A DNA stretch of 33,000 nucleotides from Octopus bimaculoides (taxonomy: Eukaryota). The notes below the pieces were generated by a model. That model saw only the letters and a program-made list of their open reading frames with translations, had not been told where the DNA came from and searched no databases. How positions within the stretch are numbered: position 1 is the first letter of the stretch; the number at the start of each line of letters is the position of its first letter. Made by a program: the position numbers and the translations under genes. Below are positions 12,487-24,555 of this stretch, one piece after another. The stretch spans positions 31,673,405 to 31,706,404 of the forward strand of contig NC_068984.1 in assembly GCF_001194135.2 (NCBI RefSeq), given 5' to 3'.

Positions 12487-12487
12487 A
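12308..12487. repeat. (TCTA)n(TA)n(TG)n compound microsatellite
   Basis: Direct reading; abuts the 5'-truncated end of the RTE. Confidence 0.95.
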
Positions 12488-13213
12488 TAATACTGTTCTT
12501 GTAGTAAGTAACATGATATAATCTCATAATTTGTTTCAAATTCTAACAGTACACACACACTAAAACAATAATTATATGAAAGTGAATATATGTATAAATA
12601 TAACCGAAAGTTCATATTTTTTGTTTTATTTTGAGTAGCACTTACAAATATGCAGTACGGGAATATCAAACTTTGACTCTGCTGACTGGTTTGAAGCATA
12701 AACTAGATATTGCCATAATAAATTTGATAAAATGGTCAATTTACTTTATTAACTATAAAGAAAGTAAAGAATATTAGTTGTTTGCAATGTTCATCTGCTG
12801 AGATTTGTGTGAAAAACACAGTCACTTGGGATATATAAGTAAAAGTTCTTAGAGTGCAAATGGTAACAGAATTAACAGAATGAATGCATACAGTTCTTGA
12901 AAAACCAAAACAATGCTTGATAAATAGTTTCGACTTTTTCACCTGCAAAACCTTTCAAAATCATGCATATCATTAGAATCCGTTTGAATAAAGACAAAGA
13001 TAATTTTTTTTTTAAATATAGCTTTTGTTGTGTTTGATTCAGCATGTCTAGAGAAAAAAAGGGAAAATAGGACACAACTTTTAGCATATAGATTCATAAG
13101 CATCTTTTCTTTAAAGTGGTTATTAGAAATCGTTCCTATTATTTTAACAGCTGTATTGTATTTCTGTAAAGTAATTAATTATTCTGTGATAGAAAAACGA
13201 TTTATTCTACTAA

Positions 13214-13251
13214 TGTCCTACAGAGGTGTCCTACAGAGGTGTCCTACAGAG
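13214..13251. repeat. 13-bp tandem repeat x3 (TGTCCTACAGAGG)
   Basis: Direct reading. Confidence 0.9.
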
Positions 13252-13313
13252 TTTCAATGTTTATGACAAGAACTAATCCCATGAAACAAATTATTAAGTG
13301 CCAGGTTTTAAAT

Positions 13314-13555
13314 GCAAATTATATTAGACATTCAATAATAAATCTCTGAACGAGGTATAAATACCCAGAAACCCGGATCCATGCGTATCACGTCAGATCG
13401 ACGATGGGAAGGATGACTTCCCTTTGCAAATACCGACAGGGCATAGAAAGTGTGTCAATAGCCAGCTGGAGGAGATGTTCTCCTGGGGCTACAAGCTACA
13501 GTAGCATTCGTCCTTAGGGGTTAGCCGCATTTAAGTGGCAAATATATTAGACATT
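13314..13555. mobile_element. ~205-bp GC-richer insert flanked by an ~18-bp direct repeat (possible truncated retroposon with TSD)
   Basis: GCAAATTATATTAGACATT (13314-13332) and GCAAATATATTAGACATT (13538-13555). Family not recognised. Confidence 0.45.
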
Positions 13556-14005
13556 GTAATTAGCAATCTGAGACAGAAAGTTGCCAGAGATTCACTGAGA
13601 GAACGGGGAACGTTAATTTTTAAAATAGCAATAGAAGCTTACCTTGCTAGAGTCAAATAACTGGTAAATTATCTTGTGAGAATAAAGGACAGTTAAAATA
13701 GTAAAAGCAAATTATTGTACGTAACTTAGAAAAGGGAATGGCACGTGATCTGCATTGTAATCTGAATGCAACGCATTTGCCGAATCTTCGGAACACCCTA
13801 TAGAACGTTTTGTGTTACTCTTTCTGGTGCTTTGAACTCAAATCCCAAGAGGTTAATTTCGTTTTTCATTATTTTCGAAGTCATTAAATAAAGTGCCATT
13901 CCTTTTGGTTCCCTTACTCTCTATGTCTCTATCCTCTTTCTGTCTCCATCCATTTTCTGTCTCCATCTACTGCCTGTCTTCATCTATTGTCTGTCTCTCT
14001 CCCCA

Positions 14006-14036
<31 letters not shown>

Positions 14037-15127
14037 TTATTGTACATACAATTCAAAGGTCAGGCCTTGTTACACTGATTAAGCCTGAGAATTGCATCAA
14101 TGATATACGTCTCTGTGGCATATTCAGTTGCTCACACGTTAATTTCACAGGTAAATATTTGGTTGGTGAAACACCTGATTAATCTTAGTCAAGAGGGACA
14201 AATAATTTCACAATGTAATCAGTTACGTGGTCATGCTAAATACATTTGAGTCCCATCGATGCTGTTTTCCATATCAAATTACTGTGTATAATGCCCAATA
14301 TCATATAAATAACAAATTTAGCAGATAATTTACAAGGAAATAAGGCAGAAAAATGCAAAATTTCTACAGCTGGCTGCGTTATTGTGCTGCAAATTATAGA
14401 TATGCTTTTCAGGCTCTCTCACTGACTCAGTGGACATTTCTCTGCACTCAATAATCTTTAATGTTTACATACATATGCTACATCTGTAGAACTGTAGAAA
14501 AATAACATACATTGTTGTAAGGAGCAGCTATGAGAATAAAACCTTGCAGTGGCTGTGCTAACGTCTACCCTTAGTAGATATTGTTTAAATAGCATGATTT
14601 GGCCATCTATATCATTTTTTTGTTAAATTATAAGTGCGTAAATATGTTTGTGCGTGTTTATATTTGTCAATAACAAAGCTGTGCTATTGCTTATCCCTAG
14701 CTTAACTAGTTTACATATGGAAAAAGATGTCACTGCCTTGGTCATTCTGTCTTTTTGTATGTCAATGACAACAGTTTCAGTTATATTTTTAATGTTTTAA
14801 AAAGAATTATGTTCATTGAAAGAAACTTGACTACTATATTTTGCAAGGTAAACGACTTCACAGGGCTACCTTTGTAGATCATAGAAATTATAGAAATTTA
14901 ATAAAATATAACATATGGGGTGCTGGTACGATTCACAGATGTGTTATCAAATATGGCCATACCTTTACGAACCATCATTGATCAGAACCATCAACAACAC
15001 TCATGACTTGCTTCATTCTAATATACAAGTTCACTTCAAGAGCTTTGTGTATGTGTCCATACGTGTGTGTGTGTGTATGTGTTGAGTGGGCGTGTGTTTG
15101 TGTGTGTGCATGCATGTGTGTGTGGGA

Positions 15128-15365
15128 TGGAAGATCCATGGTCTTGTGGTTAAGGTGTTATGGTCACGCTCATAAAATAGGATATTCTTGGATTAAGTAG
15201 CATTGCCCTTGAGCAAGTGACTTGATTCTATGCAGCTTCAACCTGTCAAAATGAAAATAGATAACTCCCAAGTGTTGGAGCAGGATCCTCTCCAACCAGC
15301 TGTTACATCATCGATTATACTCTGGGTCAAGTGTGAAAAAAACAAGAGGTTGATGCTGTCTGATT
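15128..15365 (+). mobile_element. Highly diverged tRNA/CORE-type SINE
   Basis: A-box-like TGGTCTTGTGGTTAAGG and CORE-like CCCTTGAGCAAGTGACTT. Confidence 0.45.
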
Positions 15366-15845
15366 GAGATTTTTAAAAATAAAAGCAGAGTACATGCTGT
15401 CAGGTCATACTTGCTTACAAGCGATGCTTAATGCTTTTGTAAATGCAGTTTATATGTACATAAATATAAATATTATAAGCAACAGTTTGAGAAACACAGT
15501 CACTACACATATACACAGATACATACACATGCATGCACACGCACACATATTGCATTTTGCATGAATGTTTAGATCTATGTTTCTCCTAATAACATGAGAA
15601 GGCTGTGTTTTTGCATTTTATGGCACCTTTTCACTGTTAAACCAAATACCTTTACAGTTGAATGCCCATTCTACTTCTGGTCATTCAACTGTGCGGAGAA
15701 ACCACCGCTAATCAATCAGGCAGATTAATGTGCCTCCAATAGGTAAAGATACAAACACATATACTCTCATATACAAGCATACGTGCGTACACATGTATGT
15801 GTGTGTATGTATATGCATATATGTATGCACTAATGCTTATATATA

Positions 15846-15899
<54 letters not shown>

Positions 15900-16285
15900 C
15901 GTGTGTGCATGTATGTATATATGTGTGTATGTAGGAATGTATGTATATATGTATACATGCATATGAATGCATATTTTTTAAGCCGGAAAGCAAGGTTAAA
16001 TGCATCCATATGTATATGAGAAAGAGAGAGAGAGAGAGGAAGCGAGAGAGAGTTGAGACAATAGTGACAGAGCTAAAGAAGCTATTTCTCAATGTTTTCT
16101 GATTATTATATATAATTTGTGATCTAGACAAAATAAATAAAAGCATATTTCCACTTCTTCATACAAAAGTTTCTTTCATATTATTTCAAAAGAACTAATA
16201 GATGAATGGCTTATGATATAATGTAGAAAAGAGGAAATATTCTTTTACTTTGCATGTGTGCATATGTTTCTGCACAAATGCTTTC

Positions 16286-16318
<33 letters not shown>

Positions 16319-16320
16319 TG

Positions 16321-16365
<45 letters not shown>

Positions 16366-17164
16366 NNNNNNNNNNNNNNNNNNNNNNNNNNNNNNNNNNN
16401 NNNNNNNNNNNNNNNNNNNNNNNNNNNNNNNNNNNNNNNNNNNNNNNNNNNNNNNNNNNNNNNNNNNNTTTCAACGATAAAAACGATCAAGGATATAAGT
16501 TTTCTTCATTCTATTTTTAATTCAAATTAAAAATCCCTTTACGTGGAATGGATATGGGTTTTTCACTTGTTTTTCTTTGTTCCGTGTTTTCTTTTACTGT
16601 TGCAGTTAACTTTTTCATTTATTTCCAAAGCTTTTTATATTTGGCTTTTTACAGTTCTTTAAGGTTTTCTATGCCATTGCTATTGGCATTCACAAATTTA
16701 TCTAACTATTATTCTATTTCTTTGATAAATAGATATAAAAGTAATCATATTTATATCGTTGTATAAGGCAAGCATACACACACACACACACATGTATGCA
16801 CACTCACACACAGACTCAGACACACGCCCGCAGATTGCTCTTCGCTCACACATACACATACTCAGACAAACTTATGGGTGTTTATGTTGTCAATCCCAGC
16901 TTTACAACAGATACACCGTATCCTTATAGGTCCTAAAGAAGCAACTAAGATGTTTGGCATCCAGAAGGCATCTAACTGTATGTTGCTGCTCAAAATTATT
17001 GCAACCAGCCCATATCCACTTTGCGATGTTGATATCGAAAAGACGATTATTATAGCTATGAGGGTATATATATAACAATATTTATATGTTTACACACACA
17101 CACACACACACACACATACGCTCTCTCTCTCTCTCACACACACACACACCACACACACATACAT

Positions 17165-17195
<31 letters not shown>

Positions 17196-17209
17196 GACAC
17201 ACACACATA

Positions 17210-17428
17210 GGTGCGGGAGTGGCTGTGTTGTAAGAAGCTTGCTTTCCAACCACATGGTTCTGGGTTCAGTTCCACAGCGTAGCACTTTGGGCAAAGTGAA
17301 GAGACTGATAGAATAAGCAAGCACCAGGCTTACAAAGAATAAGTCCATGGATCGATTTCTTCGACTCAAAGGTGGTACTCCAGCATGGCCACAGTCAAAT
17401 GACTGAAACAAGCAAAAGAGTAAAAGAG
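17210..17428 (+). mobile_element. tRNA-derived CORE-type SINE with a large internal deletion
   Basis: Head GGAGTGGCTGTGTTGTAAGAAGCTTGC..GGGTTCAGTTCCAC..CTTTGGGCAA joins directly to the tail AAGAGACTGATAGAATAAG..CCAGCATGGCCACAGTCAAATGACTGAAACAAGCAAAAGAGTAAAAGAG. Confidence 0.9.
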
Positions 17429-18009
17429 TATGTGTGTGTGTGGTGTGTGTGTATGCGTGTGTGTGTAAAAGAAATAAAAGAGAGATTGTGTGTGTGTGTG
17501 TGTGTGTGTGTGCGCGTGTGTGTGTGTGTGTGTCTGTGCGAACGTATATTCCTTATGAATTCAATAATTGAGTTGCCGATTTTGACGTATGATGTATCAA
17601 AAGACCCAGTAATCTTTTGGCTACCAAATAAAACTTTATTTTCATTTAAATATTTGCATTACCAAATTTTAACGTTATAATCTTTCTCTAAGTCAACTAT
17701 TGTAAACGACATTTTATACCAGCATGACCCTCACGACGACGTCACATTTTTCATGTGATTGTGTATATGTCTGTCAGTGTTTGTGTTTGCGAATTTGTTA
17801 CGTACGTTAGGCCGATAACTGAAAAGTATATGTGTGTTACTGTATGTAACGGTGTGTGTGTCTGTTAGTATACATTCATTTTTGTGACAACTCACACATA
17901 CACACAAACACACACATCTAAAGATAGAAACAGACACACAAAGAGTGAGAGATAGGCTTGAGGTGTTCATGAATGTATGTCTGTATCTGTCTGTCTTAGT
18001 ATATGTATG

Positions 18010-18875
18010 TGACTGTACTGCCCAACAGTGAAACGCGCCGATTTTGAAAGAGTTTAGTTTAGTTGCAGCTTGGACGTTGAACGAGCAACAGTATTCACTT
18101 TGAAGTACCACTATTTACATTTTCCTTTTCATCAAGGAGATTTGCTGCTTAAACTACATTACCGATTATCACTACTTATGTGTTGATATATTTTTCTGGT
18201 TTTTATAACCAGCATGAAGATTTGGCTGATCTGACAACACTCACAAAACACGCAAATATATCGTATGAAAAATGTTATTCTGGTTATTATAACAAATTGG
18301 GAAACTTGGTGAAGTAGAAAGCCACAGCAACATTTTCAATATAATTACAGAAATGTTATTCCAGTCCATATAGCCAGTTTGAAGATAATGCTTTCTTAAC
18401 AGTCCTAGCGTCCTTATCGTATTCCTGCTATGCTGCTTGGTCAGTGTGAGTATTCAACGCCGCGCAACATTTTTAGTACGTTAGTCAGTATTTATTCTAC
18501 AGCCTATAACCTTACACAGTTAAAATATATAGTAAGTGATGTCAAATTAATTTATGTCTTGCTACATGCATCCTTCAGCAAATATTTCTAATTGACGTTC
18601 ACAACAGCAATATATTTCTTTGTTCAGAGTTCGCTTAAAAATTGTAAAATAATAAATTACGTTTGCATGAAAAATTGAATTATGCCTTCTGAATTTTCTT
18701 GGAGCTTGACTTGCTTCATCATCATATTCAATCCTGAATTTTATAACGTTTAGTACTTGTTCCAAATAAATGCTGACTTTCTGTACTTTGTTACATTGAT
18801 GACGCATAGTAATTTTTGCTTCATCGGTGACTTTCCGACGCTAGAATATATTTCGTTTGGAAATATTCCCTGTAA
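18010..18875 (-). mobile_element. Possible very degraded Tc1/mariner remnant
   Basis: Minus ORF VLNVIKFRIEYDDEASQAPRKFRR weakly resembles the HTH/GRP-like motif of mariner transposases. Mariner-like end CCCTGTA near 18868-18874. The two ends do not match each other, and no DDD motif is recognisable. Confidence 0.25.
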
Positions 18876-19074
18876 AAAAGAAAAAAAAACAATTATAGCA
18901 TAACTATGCTAAAGAAAGTATGCCTTGCACCTATATTGATTATATTTCGTTTCGCTTTAACTTCGTGTGTGTAAGTTTTGCTGTTTTCAAATTTATCACT
19001 TCTATATGTGTCTATATGTCTGTGAGTGTGTGTGTGTTTCCGCGATCGTTACGTTTATGGTAAACTATTGCAAA

Positions 19075-19255
19075 GGACATTTTACGCTATTTTAATGAGC
19101 CCACATCTAATGAAGTAGCCATCCTTATGGTAGGTGATCCCGATGAAAATCGTGATATTCTCATTCGTGCTTGAGATAACAACCTTTAACGTGTTTCAGA
19201 GACGTATCCCTCTTATGACACTCTCCAGTATCCTCTTATGCTGTGGAATGCACAA
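19075..19255 (+). mobile_element. Helitron Rep/helicase coding fragment
   Basis: LRYFNEPTSNEVAILMVGDPDENRDILIRA*DNNL*RVSETYPSYDTLQYPLMLW matches the Helitron Rep N-terminal pattern RRFN.PT.NEVA...VG....RDI......L.RISE.H.SYD.LQYPL.F. Confidence 0.85.
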
Positions 19256-19687
19256 TATTGTCATGTGTCTCATATATTTTAATTCTATATGATAATCTTA
19301 ATATTTGTGGTCACGAATAAGCGCCATTTTGTCACGTGATACACATCGTATAAATTTCTTTGCCTCATGGGTAATACTACAGTCAACAAAGAATCTTCGT
19401 TAAGTTGAGTGATGTTGTTTTTCCTAATACTCTTGAATGTCTTAGTCTATTTAATAGTTAATTACACTATCTTTATATATGTTTTCTTTTTCCTAATCTA
19501 CAGAAATTATTTCTCCATTAGACGTTTTATCCCTTTAACTTGACAGATGTTTATTGTTATCATGATTATTATTTTAAAACCTTGACATTTATTTATTGTA
19601 CTAAATTTTGATTAAACATATAGATTTTTCTACTTTTCTTATTTTATCGCATTTTTAAATATTAGGATACGTTTTTTGAAGTTACAT

Positions 19688-19791
19688 GACCTGAAGAGTG
19701 TCCTCATTATGAATGGTATTTATCATGATCGATCCATTGTAGATTGACCAGATATTTTCCACATTTATGTGGTCATGAAACGCGCGTAGTC
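19688..19791 (+). ncRNA. Candidate type I hammerhead ribozyme with palindromic helix III and long loop II
   Basis: GAC / CTGAAGA (19691-19697) / GTGTCC...GGTCAT / GAAA (19777-19780) / CGCGCG / TA / GTC. All core nucleotides are present; GUA cleavage triplet; 3-bp helix I. Confidence 0.55.
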
Positions 19792-19995
19792 TTTCATTGA
19801 CTTTCGTATTTATAAATTCACTAAACATATTCAAATTTTTAGTCTAATATTTTATAGATTTTACGGATTACAAATTTTCTCTTGGATCTTTTAGATTTTT
19901 AAACTAGTATCTTGTATAGTACGCTTTTATTCATGGAGTCTGATCTCCTTCATCGTTTGAGTTACACGATGGTGGTTCTTCTCTAAATTATTAAT

Positions 19996-20330
<335 letters not shown>

Positions 20331-20354
20331 TTATCATAAAACCTGCAACTTATT

Positions 20355-20405
20355 CACAGAACTGTTACTCAGAGTTTCATATCCCCGTTCATCGGAGTGT
20401 TTGCT
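20355..20405 (-). ncRNA. Degenerate minimal hammerhead-like motif (inverted PLE pLTR remnant)
   Basis: Minus: ACACT CCGATGA ACGGGGATAT GAAA CTCTGAG TA ACAGT. Core has U4>C; near-palindromic helix III ACTCTGAGT; helix I pairs poorly. Confidence 0.4.
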
Positions 20406-20417
20406 GTTTCTAAAAAG

Positions 20418-22275
20418 AAAAATTAAGTTTAGCCTATGGTCTAGCAGGATGCGTTCTAGTAGGATGCATTTGACTGGTTTAATAACATTTAAGAAAAGAA
20501 TAAATGCAACTTTATACAGGCATTAACGATTATTACCAATCTATTAACCCTATTGTATTAGATAAGGCACTCATATTTGCTAAGAATGAAACAAACGTGT
20601 CCATGAAAAAAATAAAAATCATACTTGCAGTTAGAAAAACAGTGATCTTTCACTATGGTAAATATTGGGCAAAAAAGACACACCTGATTGTTTTCATATA
20701 CCAATGGCCGCACACGACTCCGCCTAGGAGTTTATCTTCTACATAAATTTAATGAAGAATTTCCTGAAATAGAAGGAGGTCTCTACTCTGACGATGCTCT
20801 GTTCTTAATAAGGAACATTACTAATAGAATAATGGAAAATTACAAAAGAGATTTCATATATTTTTAAGAACCACGGTCTATCAATTTCAATTGAAAAATA
20901 AAATAACTCAGCAAACTTTCTTGACGCTAACTTTAATCTTTAACCTTAAAACGGGTGTTCATCAACCCTATTAAAAGCCTAACTCTAACATTAGGTATAA
21001 AAATGCAAATAGTAATCATCCACTTAATATTATTGAGAACATTAGTATGAATATTGAGAGACGAATTAATTATCAATCTTCAAATGAAGACGTATTTAAC
21101 AAGCATAAACATAATTATAATATGGTACTAAAGAAGGTTGGATATAATTATTAAATTAAGTACAACAAGAATTGCAATATTGTGGAAAATCAAATTGAAA
21201 ATAATAAAAATAATACTGATGCACTAACAAAGACATAGTAAATCCTTACAAAGTAGGAATGAAAATCCCCCAAACAATAACAATAATTATTATTATAAAC
21301 ATAATAAATATGTTAAACAAGATAATTACAATAATGAAATTAAACAAATAGATGGAGAATATAATACCAAAAATAAAAATATGAACAAGAATAATAATAA
21401 CAACATCAACAACAACAATAATAAGACAGTAAGGGAGAAATTAATACCTTGTGTGGGAAAAAACGATATTGTGACAAAAAATTAATATATGAATAAGGTA
21501 GACTCAGATAAAACTATATGGATCATAATTCCTTTCGATAAACAATTGAAGACAAATGTTGTTAAATCTATGAAAAATATTATAAATAAAAGCTTTAAAA
21601 ACAGTGGATACGGAAAAATAGTTCATGGTAAACATATAAGATTTCTATTTTCTGTTTCTCCCAACCTTTTTTAGGATAATTTCTTCGTTTAATAATGGAA
21701 AACTCGATCTATTCTATAAAAAAAAACATATAGATAGTAAAGTACATGACAGAAAGGTAGGACAAAATAGAATGAATAATACAAATAAGAATTAAAATAA
21801 CTATACAGACAGTAATTTATATAAATCTATGAAGCATGATAATATTTCATTATCAAGGCAAAATATAAACTGTAATTGTAGCGGTCCAGATAGACAGGGA
21901 TTTCAGAAGAAAAAATGTCGTATATCAATGGTTACACAAGATATAACAATAATTACACAAAATCGACGCAGAATTGGATTAAATTACGAATAGCGAATAA
22001 CGAATCGACTTTTAGAGACAAAAACAAAATGAATAGTACAGGACTATCTAAGAAAATATGGCATCTGAAAAAAAAGTTAAACACACAATCAAAGATTTTA
22101 GGACATGCACCTAGTTACAAAATCAAAAATAATGAAAAGAAAACGGAGCCTGGTTAATATGAGAAATGAAAAATATTTTTCATGTAAACATATAAGTAGG
22201 TATCTTTTTATTAAACTTAAGTGATTTATAGATGAGATTGGATGTCACTTACATATCATAACCATTAAAAAATTT
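20418..22275 (+). mobile_element. Penelope-like element: degenerate RT plus GIY-YIG endonuclease ORF, 5'-truncated
   Basis: Across frameshifts: [44 protein letters not shown] (RT motif C, 20784-20795)..NFLDANFNL..SNHP..IERRI..IWIIIPFDKQLKTNV..SVSPNL..NCNCSGPD..KSTQNWIKLRIANNESTFRDKNKMNSTGLSKKIWHLK..ILGHAPSY (GIY-YIG region). Confidence 0.9.
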
Positions 22276-22522
22276 TTTTTTTTTTTAATAATATAACCCT
22301 AATTTTAAACTATAGGTACATCATATTATATATATTGATAGCCAAATTGAACTAAACGATTGAAGAACTCTAACAAATAAATCTATAATGGCTCAATAGC
22401 CAATATTAGCTAATTAAAATGTAACCAAACTAAATGACTGTACATATAATAACTTATATGGACTCATTAGATATGAAAAAATATGTATATCCTTGTTTAC
22501 GTGTGAAATACATATAGATAAT

Positions 22523-22900
22523 AGGAGTGGCTGTGTGGTAAGTAGCTTGCTTACCAACCACATGGTGTGGGGTTCAGTCCCACTGTGTGGCACCTTGGGC
22601 AAAGCCTTGGGAATGGATTTGGTAGACGGAAACTGGAAGAAGCCCGTCGTATATGTGTGTATATATATATATATATGTATGTGTGTATATATTTGTGTGT
22701 TTGTATTTGTCCCCCCAACATCACTTGGCAACCGATGCTGGTGTGTTTACGTCCCCGTAACGTAGAGGTTTGGCAAAAGAGACCGATATAATAAGTACTA
22801 GACTTACAAAGAATAAGTCCTGGGGTTGATTTGCTCGACTAAAGGCGGTGCTCCAGCATGGCCGTAGTCAAATGACTGAAACAAGTAAAAGAGTAAAAGG
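22523..22900 (+). mobile_element. tRNA-derived CORE-type SINE, near full length
   Basis: A-box GGCTGTGTGGTAAG, B-box GGGTTCAGTCCC, CORE-like GGCACCTTGGGCAA, internal (TA)/(TG) tract, tail GTAAAAGAGTAAAAG. Confidence 0.92.
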
Positions 22901-23459
22901 GTATATGATCAGATACACTTTTGAGTGTATATATATTTTAATGTACATGTGTATGATAACTCTCTGGATATGAGAAACAAGATATTTGTATGTATATGTA
23001 TATATGTGCAGGTTACATCATGTTCAATTTAATAAAGTACCCAGAGTTATTACTGAAGAGAAGGTCCAACAATGGCCATTCCGTTTAAACAACTTTCATC
23101 TGTCTATCTATGGTAGTGTATAGACAACGAAGCTGATACAACATAAACATTGTAAAATAAGCAACCCCTGATACTAAAACATCGGATCTCAGCGCTCTCT
23201 CTTCTATTCTGATGTAGAATAAACTAGCAGTAACTCCTATAAAGCAACAAGACAAGTCATCAGGTGAACGATCTACTTTAATGTAATATCACTGAAACGC
23301 TACCGGAAGGAACGCATACTGCCGGAATGAACGCATGATGCACAAAACTCTAACAAGTAATAGAATGGATATTCAAATAAATATAAACTCTGCATTATGT
23401 ATTGAGTCATGTTCAGTTCGTTTTCGAAAAAGCCTATCCATCCATCCATTCAACCATAC

Positions 23460-23500
<41 letters not shown>

Positions 23501-23787
23501 CACACACACACACACATATTTACGCGCACACTCACACACCCGTACATTACGTTTATGAATTCGTTTGGCAAGATTCCTGATGTGAAACCGTATGCTGAAG
23601 TAGATATTGTTATATTTCGGGAAGGTCGCGTAATATATACACAAAAGACACACATGCACATACCTATGATGAAATATAAGACACAGAGATAAGTAAGTAT
23701 TAAAAAAAACTATATAATGGGCACGGATACAAACAATATAACAAAAGCAAACACATACACACACACAAACACACATACAAACGGCCA

Positions 23788-23850
23788 CTACAACAACAAC
23801 ACGAACACCACCACCAACAACAACAACAACAACAACAACGATGGCAACAA
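23788..23850. repeat. (CAA)n-rich low-complexity tract
   Basis: Direct reading; explains the Asn/Thr-rich and Val-rich pseudo-ORFs. Confidence 0.9.
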
Positions 23851-24304
23851 CATAAACGACCACACAAACACAGAAAGATACAAGAATGATATGCAAATAA
23901 GCGTCAAGAACAGCAGCAGCAGCAACAGAAGAGAAAATAGGTGAGGGGAGGGCCAACATATCAAGTACCACTAAGAACGACGACTACAACGGTAACAGCA
24001 ACTGTATAAAGGGTACGGATTCAAGCAATGTAGTGGGCAAGCCCATAAGCGCACACATAAGCACACATGCAAAACACATAGACATGCGTACGCACACGCA
24101 TGCATACACACATACTCACACAGACAGGTACAGACGCAAACGCATGCGCAGATAAGGATATACATCACAGACGGATAGAATGGACTAAGCAGAGCAATAG
24201 GATACACGCGGATGGAAAGGTAACTGAAGAGGTCACAGATGTGTGACGAAACATTTCCGGACAATGGACATAAGATAAAAATGGTAATAAACGAGTGAAG
24301 AACG

Positions 24305-24422
24305 AATATATATAGCGCATGTGTATTTTGAGAAGAAATGATCATCTCGAAATAAAAGAATATATACGTATACATACATGCGTATGTATGTATGTATGTA
24401 TGTATGTATGTATGTATGTATG

Positions 24423-24477
<55 letters not shown>

Positions 24478-24555
24478 NNNNNNNNNNAATATATATAGCG
24501 CATGTGTATTTTGAGAAGAAATGATCATCTCGAAATAAAAGAATATATACGTATA
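24305..24555. other. 68-bp duplication on either side of a 10-N gap (probable assembly artefact)
   Basis: 24305-24372 is identical to 24488-24555, and the second copy starts exactly at the gap edge. Confidence 0.8.

Noticed and set aside
22523-22600. SINE heads as tRNA genes
   Set aside because: A/B boxes only, running into SINE bodies; no full cloverleaf is evident.
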